Assembly: GCA_018712075.1 (NCBI GenBank)
Contig: DVHN01000002.1
Span: 7,222-71,221, forward strand
From: Candidatus Fimimorpha faecalis
Lineage (GTDB): Bacteria > Bacillota > Clostridia > Lachnospirales > Lachnospiraceae
DNA: 64,000 bases
Direction of reading: 5' to 3'
The position numbers and the translations under genes are program-made. How positions within the stretch are numbered: the first letter of the stretch is position 1; each line of letters starts with the position of its first letter. A model generated the notes under the pieces. That model was not told where the DNA came from. It worked only from the letters and a program-made list of their open reading frames with translations, and ran no database searches. Of this stretch, positions 47,473-56,496 are shown piece after piece.

Positions 47473-48664
47473 ACTTATCGTTAGCAGCTACTACTCCTGG
47501 TAATTCTTTTCCTTCTAAGAATTCCATGGATGCTCCACCACCTGTGGAAATATGGCTCATCTTATCACCAAATCCTAAAATGTTAACTGCTGCTGCGGAA
47601 TCGCCGCCACCGATAATTGTTGTTCCGTCGATTTCAGCTAAAGCCTTTGCTACAGCAATTGTACCTTCTGCAAAGTTTGGCATCTCAAATACACCCATTG
47701 GTCCATTCCAAACAACTGTTTTTGCATCTTTTACTGCATCTGCAAATAATGCTCTTGTCTTTGGTCCAATATCCAATCCCATTTCATCTGGCTGAATATC
47801 GCCTCTTTCTGCAACACGGCTTGGAGAATCGTTCTTAAATTCTTTTGCAACTACTGTATCAACTGGAATTAAGAACTTAACACCTTTTTCTGCTGCCTTA
47901 GCTTCCATTTCTTTTGCGTAATCTAAATAATCATCTTCTACTAAAGATGTACCGATTTCTTCGCCATTTGCTTTCATAAATGTATAAGCCATACCACCGC
48001 CAATGATTAATGTATCAACCTTGTCTAATAAGTTATTGATAACAGAAATCTTGGAAGAAACTTTAGAACCACCTAAAATAGCAACTAATGGACGAACTGG
48101 ATTATTAACAGCATTTCCTAAATAATCAATTTCCTTCTGCATTAAGTAACCAACAACTGCTGTATCCACATACTTTGTAACACCTACGTTAGAGCAGTGT
48201 GCACGATGAGCAGTACCAAATGCATCATTTACGAATACATCACATAAAGAAGCTAATTCTTCACTGAATGTATCCACATTCTTTGTTTCTTCTTTACGAT
48301 AACGTGTGTTTTCTAATAAAACAACATCGCCATCTTTCATAGCAGCAACAGCAGCCTTAGCGTTTTCGCCTACAACTTCTGGATCTGCTGCAAATTTTAC
48401 TTCCTGTCCTAATAATTCAGACAGACGTACAGCAACTGGAGCTAAAGATAATTCTGGCTTTGGTTCTCCCTTTGGTTTTCCTAAATGAGAGCAAAGAATT
48501 ACCTTTCCTCCATCATTAATTAATTTCTTGATTGTTGGAAGAGCGGCTACTAAACGATTTTCGTCAGTAATCTTTCCATCTTGTAACGGAACGTTGAAAT
48601 CACAGCGAACTAAAACTCTTTTACCTTTCACATTAATGTCATCAACAGATTTTTTGTTAAGCAT
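47471..48664 (-). CDS. pgk: Phosphoglycerate kinase
   Basis: 397 aa with [11 protein letters not shown], a [14 protein letters not shown] block, and GGGDSAAA...[14 protein letters not shown]. Confidence 0.97.
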   Translation of the reverse strand: MLNKKSVDDINVKGKRVLVRCDFNVPLQDGKITDENRLVAALPTIKKLINDGGKVILCSHLGKPKGEPKPELSLAPVAVRLSELLGQEVKFAADPEVVGENAKAAVAAMKDGDVVLLENTRYRKEETKNVDTFSEELASLCDVFVNDAFGTAHRAHCSNVGVTKYVDTAVVGYLMQKEIDYLGNAVNNPVRPLVAILGGSKVSSKISVINNLLDKVDTLIIGGGMAYTFMKANGEEIGTSLVEDDYLDYAKEMEAKAAEKGVKFLIPVDTVVAKEFKNDSPSRVAERGDIQPDEMGLDIGPKTRALFADAVKDAKTVVWNGPMGVFEMPNFAEGTIAVAKALAEIDGTTIIGGGDSAAAVNILGFGDKMSHISTGGGASMEFLEGKELPGVVAANDK

Positions 48665-48695
48665 AGCTAAAAAATGCTCCTTTCAAATAAATTCA

Positions 48696-48721
48696 GGGTC
48701 CGGTCCAAATAGACCGGACCC
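48696..48721 (-). terminator. Strong GC hairpin between gap and pgk (candidate intra-operon attenuator)
   Basis: GGGTCCGGTC-CAAATA-GACCGGACCC, a perfect 10-bp stem. On the minus strand it is followed by TGAATTTATTTG. Confidence 0.6.
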
Positions 48722-48767
48722 CATCTAGGTCATTTGATACGTTATCGTATCGGATTCATAATTAAAA

Positions 48768-49784
48768 TTAAGCTAATTCAGCAAAATACTTGATTGTACG
48801 AACCATCTGGCTTGTGTAGGAGTTTTCATTGTCATACCAAGAAACTACCTGTACCTGATATAAATCGTCATCAATCTTTGTAACCATTGTCTGAGTTGCA
48901 TCAAATAAAGAACCATATGTGATACCAATAATATCAGAGGATACCAACTGTTCTTCTGTGTAACCAAAGGAATCGGAAGCTGCTGCCTTCATAGCTGCAT
49001 TGATACCTTCTTTTGTTACATCTGCACCCTTAACAACTGCAACTAAAATAGTTGTGGAACCGGTTGGAACTGGAACTCTCTGTGCAGAACCGATTAACTT
49101 ACCATTTAATTCTGGGATAACTAAACCGATTGCCTTAGCAGCACCTGTAGAGTTAGGTACGATATTAACAGCAGCAGCACGAGCTCTTCTTAAATCACCT
49201 TTTCTATGTGGTCCATCAAGTACCATTTGATCACCTGTAAATGCATGAACGGTTGTCATAATACCACTCTGAATTGGAGCGTAATCGTTTAATGCCTTAG
49301 CCATAGGAGCTAAACAGTTTGTTGTACAAGATGCAGCAGAGATAATCTTATCTTCTGTTGTCAAAGTATTTTCATTTACGCTATAAACGATTGTCTTAAG
49401 ATCATTTCCTGCTGGAGCAGAAATAACAACCTTTTTAGCGCCTGCATCAATATGAGCCTGGCTCTTAGCCTTAGATGTATAGAATCCTGTACATTCCAGA
49501 ACTACGTCAACACCAATTTCTCCCCATGGAAGTTCAGCAGCGTTAGCCTTTGCATAAATTGTGATCTTCTTTCCGTCTACCATGATGTAGTCATCACCAG
49601 CTTCTACCTTATCAGCTAAAGCATATCTTCCCTGTGCGGAATCATACTTTAATAAGTGAGCTAGCATTGCAGGACTTGTTAAGTCGTTGATTGCTACTAC
49701 TTCATATCCTTCTGCTCCAAACATTTGTCTGAATGCAAGACGTCCAATACGTCCAAAACCATTAATTGCAACTTTTACTGCCAT
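48768..49784 (-). CDS. gap: Type I glyceraldehyde-3-phosphate dehydrogenase
   Basis: 338 aa with INGFGRIGR, the catalytic SCTTNCLAP, and WYDNE. SD GGAGGA. Confidence 0.97.
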   Translation of the reverse strand: MAVKVAINGFGRIGRLAFRQMFGAEGYEVVAINDLTSPAMLAHLLKYDSAQGRYALADKVEAGDDYIMVDGKKITIYAKANAAELPWGEIGVDVVLECTGFYTSKAKSQAHIDAGAKKVVISAPAGNDLKTIVYSVNENTLTTEDKIISAASCTTNCLAPMAKALNDYAPIQSGIMTTVHAFTGDQMVLDGPHRKGDLRRARAAAVNIVPNSTGAAKAIGLVIPELNGKLIGSAQRVPVPTGSTTILVAVVKGADVTKEGINAAMKAAASDSFGYTEEQLVSSDIIGITYGSLFDATQTMVTKIDDDLYQVQVVSWYDNENSYTSQMVRTIKYFAELA

Positions 49785-49820
49785 GATTTCATTCCTCCTA
49801 AAGAAATTTAATTGTTTATA

Positions 49821-49842
49821 TAAACTGTTTAGAAACAGTTTA
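49821..49842. promoter_or_regulatory. Perfect 10+10 inverted repeat upstream of gap (candidate operator)
   Basis: TAAACTGTTT-AG-AAACAGTTTA lies 37-58 nt upstream of the gap ATG. It overlaps the only plausible -10 region (TATATAAA on the minus strand). Confidence 0.5.
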
Positions 49843-50054
49843 AATCTGATTAATTAATAACAACAGCTTGTCCATAAGATTGTTAAATAATAATCACTAC
49901 TCTACTTATTCTACTCTGTTTATGCAAAAAACGCAAGCGTTTTCTTTAATATTTATCTATTTTTTACATTTTCTCATACTACGTCAAAAAAACTTATCAT
50001 ATCTTAACATTTTGCACAATTCTTTAACATTTTGTACAAAAATATGCAGTTCTT

Positions 50055-51737
50055 TTACAGTTCATCTCTAACATAACCTACAATATTCGTTGCATGATCA
50101 GAAATTCTTTCTAAGTTGCCAATAATATCTAAAAATACCACGCCAGAAGATGGATCGCATTCTCCTGCTGAAAGCCTTTGAATATGCTTTGCACGTAAGT
50201 CTTCTTCCAATGTATCGACATCATCTTCCAAGTTAATTACCTTGCGCAGCGCTTCTTTACTATTCTTTTCCCGACATTCAATAGAATATGCAAATGCTTT
50301 TGCAGCAGTATTTCCAATATCTTGAATATCTTTTTTTCCAGTTTCAGAGAAGTGAATCTGATTATTAATCATATATTCTACTTGTTCTGCGATATTTTCT
50401 GTATGGTCTCCAACACGTTCAATATCATTTACCGTATAAAACAAGTTGCTTACAATCAAATGCTGATGGTCTGTTAAGGAAAGATTATTCACTTTTACCA
50501 GATATTCTGTTAGCATTTTTTCTAAATTATTAATCGTCTTTTCATTTTCATAAACTTTTTGCACCATGTCCATTTCCTGCGTAGTAATTGCTTCTAATGC
50601 GAGTCTTGTATTTTGCAATGTGATTTCTCCCATATGTACAACCTCTCTGGAAGCAGCTTCTACTGCAAATGCAGGTGATTCTAAAATACGTTTATCTAAA
50701 TGACGAAGTGCTGCATTTTCCTCACTATTTGAGTCTTGTTTTTGCTCCATAGCCTCTTCTTTCTTTGGTACTACAATGTCTGAAATTTTAACAAGTACAT
50801 TTGCAAATGGGAATAATAAAATCGTACAAATTATATTAAATACCGTATGGAAAATAGAAATTCCTACACTGGTAATTGGAGCAACTCTCAATGTCTGATT
50901 GAGCAGAAATACAATATAGAGTACTGTTCCAAATAAAATTGTTCCAACTATATTAAATGTCAAATGCATGACCGCAGTACGTTTTGCATTACGAGTCGTT
51001 CCCATACTGGACAAAAGCGCTGTAACACAAGATCCAATATTCGATCCTAAACTAATATAGATTGCCGATGCAGCTGTCACCACACCTCCCGTAGATGCCA
51101 ACATCTGTAAAATTCCTACTGCGGCAGAGGAACTTTGCATAATTGCTGTAACGATCATACCAATTGCGATACCAAGAATTGGATTTGCGGAAAAGAGTTG
51201 AAATGCAGTCGTAAAAATAGGAAGATCTGTATATTCTCCTGCCCCATTCTTCATAAAATCAAGTCCTAAAAACAGAAGTCCTAAACCAATTAAAATATTT
51301 CCTACATCTTTTCTTCCATTTTTCTTGGAAAACATGATTAAAAATGCACCAATACATATAATCAGTGGCGCATACAGTGTTGGAGACATTGCTTTGAATG
51401 CATCACCTAAAGACTCCATGGATACAATCCATGCAGTAATACAGGTACCAATATTGGCTCCCATAATAACACCTACCACCTGAGTCAACGTCATCAATCC
51501 TGCATTTACAAATCCTACAACCATAACCGTTGTTGCTCCACTGCTTTGAATAATTGCCGTAATTAAAGCACCTACCAATACTGCGGTTAAACGATTATTG
51601 GTCAGAATTCCTAATAAATTCTTCATTTTTTCTCCTGCGGAACGTTGAATACCATCTGACATGACGTGCATGCCATATAAAAACATTCCCAATCCTCCGC
51701 AAAAAGTAAATAAATTCGACACGTCTGCTATTGACAT
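50055..51737 (-). CDS. Na+/phosphate cotransporter family protein (NptA/YjbB type) with a C-terminal PhoU-like domain
   Basis: 560 aa. Duplicated Na_Pi_cotrans membrane repeats (QSSGATTVMVVGFVNAG and QSSSAAVGILQ) and a C-terminal soluble helical region with repeated RVGDHTENIAE / RISDHATNI PhoU-type motifs. Confidence 0.9.
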   Translation of the reverse strand: MSIADVSNLFTFCGGLGMFLYGMHVMSDGIQRSAGEKMKNLLGILTNNRLTAVLVGALITAIIQSSGATTVMVVGFVNAGLMTLTQVVGVIMGANIGTCITAWIVSMESLGDAFKAMSPTLYAPLIICIGAFLIMFSKKNGRKDVGNILIGLGLLFLGLDFMKNGAGEYTDLPIFTTAFQLFSANPILGIAIGMIVTAIMQSSSAAVGILQMLASTGGVVTAASAIYISLGSNIGSCVTALLSSMGTTRNAKRTAVMHLTFNIVGTILFGTVLYIVFLLNQTLRVAPITSVGISIFHTVFNIICTILLFPFANVLVKISDIVVPKKEEAMEQKQDSNSEENAALRHLDKRILESPAFAVEAASREVVHMGEITLQNTRLALEAITTQEMDMVQKVYENEKTINNLEKMLTEYLVKVNNLSLTDHQHLIVSNLFYTVNDIERVGDHTENIAEQVEYMINNQIHFSETGKKDIQDIGNTAAKAFAYSIECREKNSKEALRKVINLEDDVDTLEEDLRAKHIQRLSAGECDPSSGVVFLDIIGNLERISDHATNIVGYVRDEL

Positions 51738-51988
51738 TTCTTTTTCCCTCCCAAATATGGTATTTTCTTGTGTTTCAGCTGTCTGCTTTGTAAAATTTAT
51801 GTTAGATTTGTAAAATTCCTGTATAGCAAACTAATTTCATTGTACTTGAAAACCATTTCATTGTAAAGGAAATCCGATTATATTTTTTTACAGTTGATAT
51901 ATTTTACATTCACTTGAAAACTCTATAGACATTCGTTATTTTTTTTATTATGATGGAAAGTAAGTAAATCACTCAGAAAGGAACTACT

Positions 51989-52789
51989 ATGATTATTGCA
52001 GACTACCATACTCATACCTATTTTTCTTCTGATTCAAATACCGAACCAGAAGCTCAAATACAATCGGCTCTAAAAAAAGGGCTCTCCTATCTTTGTTTTA
52101 CCGATCATGAAGATATGGATTACTGTTATCCTGACGAATTTCAACTTGACCTTCCATCTTATACTGCTTCTATGGAAAAATTACGCAATCGCTATCAAAA
52201 CCAAATTCAGCTTGGAATTGGAATCGAAATTGGACTTCAGCCACACCTTTCTCAAAAACTTTCCGACTTTGTTTCTGGCTATCCATTTGATTTTATTATC
52301 GGCTCTTCCCATATGGTTCAGCATATGGATCCCTATTTTCCTGAATTTTGGAATGGGCGAAGCCAAAAGGACTGTATTCTCGCCTATTATGAAGACACTC
52401 TGAAAAATATTCAGCAGTTTGATTGTTTCGATGTTTATGGACATATCGATTATATTATTCGATATCGACCAGATAAAACACAACCTTACCATTATCTTGA
52501 TTATTCGGACATTCTAGATGAAATACTCAAAACGTTAATTCAAAAGGGCAAAGGGATCGAATGCAACACCGCTGGTTTTAAATATGGACTCAATCAACCA
52601 AATCCAGAACGTGCTTTATTAACCCGTTACAAAGAACTGGGAGGGGAGATTCTTACGATTGGCTCCGATGCTCATAAACCAATGCATATTGCCTATGATT
52701 TTGAAAAACTTCCTGCATTATTAAACGAATGCGGTTTTCAATACTATACTATTTTTCATAATCGCAGTCCTAAATTTCTTCCCATATAG
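51989..52789 (+). CDS. Histidinol-phosphatase HisJ-family PHP-domain phosphoesterase
   Basis: 266 aa with an N-terminal DYHTHTYFSSDS metal-binding motif, later GSSH and HIDY motifs, and GSDAH near the C-terminus. Confidence 0.85.
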   Translation: MIIADYHTHTYFSSDSNTEPEAQIQSALKKGLSYLCFTDHEDMDYCYPDEFQLDLPSYTASMEKLRNRYQNQIQLGIGIEIGLQPHLSQKLSDFVSGYPFDFIIGSSHMVQHMDPYFPEFWNGRSQKDCILAYYEDTLKNIQQFDCFDVYGHIDYIIRYRPDKTQPYHYLDYSDILDEILKTLIQKGKGIECNTAGFKYGLNQPNPERALLTRYKELGGEILTIGSDAHKPMHIAYDFEKLPALLNECGFQYYTIFHNRSPKFLPI

Positions 52790-52840
52790 GGATCTAATCG
52801 TTCATACTTTGTTCATACACAATTTAAAAAACGGTTACAT

Positions 52841-52872
52841 GAAGAACATGATTTTTTCATGTTCTTTCTTTA
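52841..52872 (+). terminator. Intrinsic terminator after the PHP phosphatase gene
   Basis: AAGAACATGA-TTTTT-TCATGTTCTT followed by TCTTTAT. It is nested inside an outer GGTTACA...TGTAACC pairing (52833..52882). Confidence 0.65.
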
Positions 52873-53006
52873 TACTGTAACCATAGTAAAAAATACTTAT
52901 CATTACTAGCTAATTACAATTATTTGTTTTTCAATAATTTTTTCATAATACAGGCTAATGCAATTTGCATTAGCTCTCCTCCCTTTCTTTAGTAAATAAA
53001 CAGCAG

Positions 53007-53039
53007 AAAAGGGGATGTCTTAATGACATCCCCCTTTTT
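53007..53039. terminator. Bidirectional intrinsic terminator (serves the minus-strand membrane-protein gene)
   Basis: AAAA-GGGGATGTC-TTAAT-GACATCCCC-CTTTTT, a perfect 9-bp GC-rich stem flanked by an A-run and a T-run. Confidence 0.8.
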
Positions 53040-53090
53040 GTACAATAAACCCGTCTAGATAAAATCTTCCCTACTCGATTGCAATTGTTT

Positions 53091-54032
53091 TCAATCTTTT
53101 GGCATAACAATTTTTGGCATTTTCTTTGGTTGATTGTTCTTTTTTTGCTTATTTTTTCCTGATAGGAAATCCTTCCAATCATCTGCAAGTTCATTCTTTA
53201 ATACTGTATAAGTATAATACATTGCAACTGCTGTCACAACTACAAATGCAATTTCTACTGCCACTCTTGACGGAACAATTTGTACACCATAAAGAGCAAT
53301 CGGAACATTGTAAAGAACTAATATTAATAATGCAATCCATAAGTTTTGTTTTCCACTTTTACGAACAAGTGATGTATAAATTAAAATACAACAGCAAATT
53401 CTTATTAAAAATAGTACAAGACAATTAATTCCATCAATCAAAAACTCCACTGGATGCGCGGATAACACGCTTTGATATGCCTGAACTGCCATATCCACAT
53501 CCGTATCTGGAATTTGAGCAAAAATCGCTGTTAATCCCTGTGTGTTAATCATGATGCAATTGATCAACATTGCCAACGACTGCGCAATTGTTTCCGTTAA
53601 AATAATAATACAGGAATATCCTAAAAGAAACATAACGCAGTCATTAAATGTTAACTGCTTGCGTCTCATCCACATCATACCGAGCAAAATAGCTAAAAAT
53701 TCCATTGCAACGGAGAGTATTACACTAATTGATTGGCTTACAAACATATTTGCCTGCATATACGCCTGAACACCTGGAATCATTAAAATTAAAATTCCTA
53801 CCAAATTGAGCATAATTTGGTTCATAAAAATATAAACCAATCCTCCTATTAGTATTCCTTTTAAGTCCAACTTCGCATGTTTTCTCAAATAAATAAAAAA
53901 TACGACTGGAATTGCAATTGTAATAAGAAGATTCAATCCAACAAATATCAAAGATGGCATTGACATTTTTTGATTCAAATCAAATCCAGTCGGAATAACA
54001 GATGTCAAGAAACTCTGTAATTCAAAACCCAT
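53091..54032 (-). CDS. Polytopic membrane protein, tentatively YhfC-like
   Basis: 313 aa counted from the ATG at 54032 (SD GGAGGA 7 nt upstream), with 7-8 TM segments. The N-terminal pattern (IAIPVVFFIYLRKHAKLDLKGILIGGLVYIF) resembles YhfC-family proteins from memory. I did not see a convincing catalytic motif. The C-terminus is lysine-rich. Confidence 0.45.
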   Translation of the reverse strand: MGFELQSFLTSVIPTGFDLNQKMSMPSLIFVGLNLLITIAIPVVFFIYLRKHAKLDLKGILIGGLVYIFMNQIMLNLVGILILMIPGVQAYMQANMFVSQSISVILSVAMEFLAILLGMMWMRRKQLTFNDCVMFLLGYSCIIILTETIAQSLAMLINCIMINTQGLTAIFAQIPDTDVDMAVQAYQSVLSAHPVEFLIDGINCLVLFLIRICCCILIYTSLVRKSGKQNLWIALLILVLYNVPIALYGVQIVPSRVAVEIAFVVVTAVAMYYTYTVLKNELADDWKDFLSGKNKQKKNNQPKKMPKIVMPKD

Positions 54033-54200
54033 TTTTTCTTCCTCCATGAGCATAAATATTTTCCCTGTAATCATAGCAAAGTTACAAATCTATGTCAAGA
54101 AAAGACGAATATTTCTATTTTTTTCACAATATTTTTATAAATATTTTATGGGAATATGAATATATAGTAAAAATCTGCGCTGAAAATCAATTTTTATTCG

Positions 54201-54229
54201 TTGACATTCTTTATTAATTATGTTATTGT
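54201..54229 (+). promoter_or_regulatory. Candidate promoter for the cold-shock gene (-35 TTGACA, 17 nt, extended -10 TGTTATTGT)
   Basis: TTGACA at 54201..54206 and TATTGT at 54224..54229, preceded by TGT. This implies a 5' UTR of about 50 nt. Confidence 0.5.
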
Positions 54230-54284
54230 TATTGTAGTGATTTTTCGTCACACTAATTTTTTTATTTATTTTGGAGGTAATAAC

Positions 54285-54485
54285 ATGAACAAAGGTACCG
54301 TTAAGTGGTTTAATAACCAGAAAGGTTACGGTTTCATTTCTGATGAGTCTGGAAAGGAAGTATTTGTACACTACTCTGGATTAAATATGGAGGGATTTAA
54401 GTCCTTAGAAGAGGGAGCCTCTGTTGAATTCGACATTATTGAAGGTACAAAAGGACCTCAGGCTGTCAATGTAACCAAACTTTAA
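54285..54485 (+). CDS. Cold-shock protein (CspA family, 66 aa)
   Basis: [33 protein letters not shown]... contains the RNP1 (KGYGFI) and RNP2 (VFVHY) motifs. ATG at 54285 with SD GGAGG. The longer ORF-track start is upstream of the SD. Confidence 0.95.
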   Translation: MNKGTVKWFNNQKGYGFISDESGKEVFVHYSGLNMEGFKSLEEGASVEFDIIEGTKGPQAVNVTKL

Positions 54486-54580
54486 TTTCATCCAACCACG
54501 TACCTTTTTTCGTCAAATAAATATGTTCCACCTTTTATTTAAGAATAAAGTATTGGTTTCACATGAGATTATATAAAAGA

Positions 54581-54628
54581 AATGTCTCACTATTCAAAGT
54601 TCGGATTTTGGATAGCGAGACATTTTTT
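54581..54628. terminator. Bidirectional terminator between convergent csp and hslO
   Basis: AATGTCTCACTAT ... ATAGCGAGACATT (13-bp stem, one mismatch) followed by TTTTT on the plus strand and a T-rich stretch on the minus strand. Confidence 0.65.
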
Positions 54629-54658
54629 ATTTCATAAGAACTACTATTCTAAATTGGA

Positions 54659-55546
54659 TCATTGATTCTGCATTTTCTTATCGAGCATTTCCTGTAATTC
54701 CTCAGGAGAAAAGACATATGTTTTATTGCAGAAATGACAGCTTACTTCAATTGGTTTATTGTCTTGAATCATTTCTTGAATATCCTTTGGATCAATACTT
54801 GCAATCGCTGCTTCGACTCTTTGCTTACTGCAATTACATTGGAACTGTACTGGCATTTTATCCATAATTTCTAATCCCATATCTCCAAGTAATTCATTTA
54901 AAATATCTTCTGGTGTCATTCCCCTATCCAATAACGATGTAATCGAAGTAATCGCCTGAATTCTCTGCTCCAGCTTACCAATCACTTCTTCGGATGCATC
55001 TGGCATTAATTGCAAAATAAATCCTCCCGCCTGACGCACTGTATTATCCTTATTCATTAATACTCCCAGGGCAACGGAAGACGGTGTCTGCTCCGAAGTT
55101 GCATAATAGTAAGTAAGATCTTCGGCAATTTCACTCGTTACAAGAATCGTTTGCCCTACATAAGGCTCCTTTAATCCAATATCTTTGATTACACTTAAAA
55201 CGCCAATTCCAATCGCTCCTGCCACATCTAATTTTCCTTTTGCATTTGGAGGAAGCATTACTTCTGGATGATTCACATACCCTTTTACATTACCAATGGA
55301 ATCGGCTGTTACAGTAATTGCCTCAATTGGTCCATCTCCTTGAATTTTCAAAGTCAGCAAATCGCTCTCACTCTTCATCATAGATCCCATCATAACTCCA
55401 GCTGTCAAAAGTCTTCCCAATGCAGCTGTAGCAACTGGACTTGTGTTATGGGATGCACGTGCATATTCTACTAGATCTTTTGTTGTAACTGCAAAAGCTC
55501 GAATTTGATGATCCCCAGCCGTTGCACGAACCATATAATCTGACAT
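54659..55546 (-). CDS. hslO: Redox-regulated chaperone Hsp33
   Basis: 295 aa with the C-terminal zinc centre CNCSKQR ... CHFCNKTY (CxC...CxxC). Confidence 0.93.
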   Translation of the reverse strand: MSDYMVRATAGDHQIRAFAVTTKDLVEYARASHNTSPVATAALGRLLTAGVMMGSMMKSESDLLTLKIQGDGPIEAITVTADSIGNVKGYVNHPEVMLPPNAKGKLDVAGAIGIGVLSVIKDIGLKEPYVGQTILVTSEIAEDLTYYYATSEQTPSSVALGVLMNKDNTVRQAGGFILQLMPDASEEVIGKLEQRIQAITSITSLLDRGMTPEDILNELLGDMGLEIMDKMPVQFQCNCSKQRVEAAIASIDPKDIQEMIQDNKPIEVSCHFCNKTYVFSPEELQEMLDKKMQNQ

Positions 55547-55564
55547 AATTATTCCTCTTTTCTT

Positions 55565-56317
55565 TTATTTTCCAGATTCTCTCGCAACAATATAAATACG
55601 CTCACTCGTTTCCTTTGGAGTTTCATTGCTGCCTTCCTCATAGGCGGCAATAAATTCCATCCCCGCACGAGCCAATGCCTGACAGACTTCATTCAAATCA
55701 TAGGCTCTCTGATAATGAACTTCCTCTGATTTCCGATATAAGTCTCCCTCTTCCTTTGTAAAAATCGTTAGGGCATATTCATTGATCTTTTCTTCTTCAT
55801 AATAATAATTTTCCCAAATAAAGCTGCTGTCTTCTTGGTTTTCTCCAAAAATCTGGTCTCCTGTATCATTGCGATAATAATAATCCGTTTTTAAATCAAA
55901 AATAAAAATTCCTTTTGGATCCAAATAATTATTTACTAGCCGAAATACTTGTTCTAACTCTCCTTCTTCCAATAAATAATTCATCGAATCACAAACACTC
56001 ACCACAGCCCGAACGGTACCATAGAGTTCAAATTCTCTCATATCTTGCAGCAAGTATAAAATTCCCTGTGGATTTGTTCTCTCTTTTTCCATCGCAACTT
56101 CCAACATTGCTTCCGAGTTATCGACTCCAATCATATCATATCCTTTGGATGCCAAACGTTTCGTTAAGTTTCCCGTTCCGCATCCAAGTTCCAATACAAT
56201 CCCATCCATAATTCCATATTTGTGCAGCAAATCAGTAATATAATTACACCATTGTTCATATGGAATATCCTGCATAAATAAATCGTATACTTCTGCAAAT
56301 TTACTATATGCTTCCAT
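55565..56317 (-). CDS. Class I SAM-dependent methyltransferase
   Basis: 250 aa with the SAM-binding motif I VLELGCGTGNLT and an acidic post-I residue (GVDNS). The substrate is not inferable. Confidence 0.85.
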   Translation of the reverse strand: MEAYSKFAEVYDLFMQDIPYEQWCNYITDLLHKYGIMDGIVLELGCGTGNLTKRLASKGYDMIGVDNSEAMLEVAMEKERTNPQGILYLLQDMREFELYGTVRAVVSVCDSMNYLLEEGELEQVFRLVNNYLDPKGIFIFDLKTDYYYRNDTGDQIFGENQEDSSFIWENYYYEEEKINEYALTIFTKEEGDLYRKSEEVHYQRAYDLNEVCQALARAGMEFIAAYEEGSNETPKETSERIYIVARESGK

Positions 56318-56496
56318 TTTTCCTCCAATCCCCTACTTACTGTAGTAAAAATCTAAGGTTAGAATTCTCCATTCTTTACCCCAATCTATGTTATCAAGAA
56401 ATTACAAGAATTGCAAGCTTGATCTTTCCTTCGTCTTCGAATATAATAATGCCAGAGTCAAACTAATTTTAATCTCATATTGGAACAGGAGTTTTT

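Noticed and set aside
47329-47572. Idea that the 22-nt repeats mark a recent 122-bp tandem duplication of the pgk 3' end
   Set aside because: Beyond the 22-mers, the two 122-nt units show only scattered similarity by eye (for example TCGTAA versus TCGTTA). A recent duplication is therefore not supported. I kept the repeats as an unexplained feature.
49868-50071. 67-aa plus-strand ORF in the gap upstream region
   Set aside because: It lies in AT-rich intergenic DNA, has no SD, a Leu/Phe/Ile/Tyr-rich translation, and overlaps the transporter 3' end and the regulatory repeats.
52970-53194. 74-aa minus-strand ORF overlapping the 3' end of the YhfC-like gene
   Set aside because: It runs through a strong bidirectional terminator and overlaps a better-supported gene in another frame. 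It has no SD.
54135-54371. 78-aa minus-strand ORF opposite the cold-shock gene
   Set aside because: It is antisense to the csp promoter, 5' UTR and coding start, and its composition is Asn/Ile/Lys-rich AT noise.
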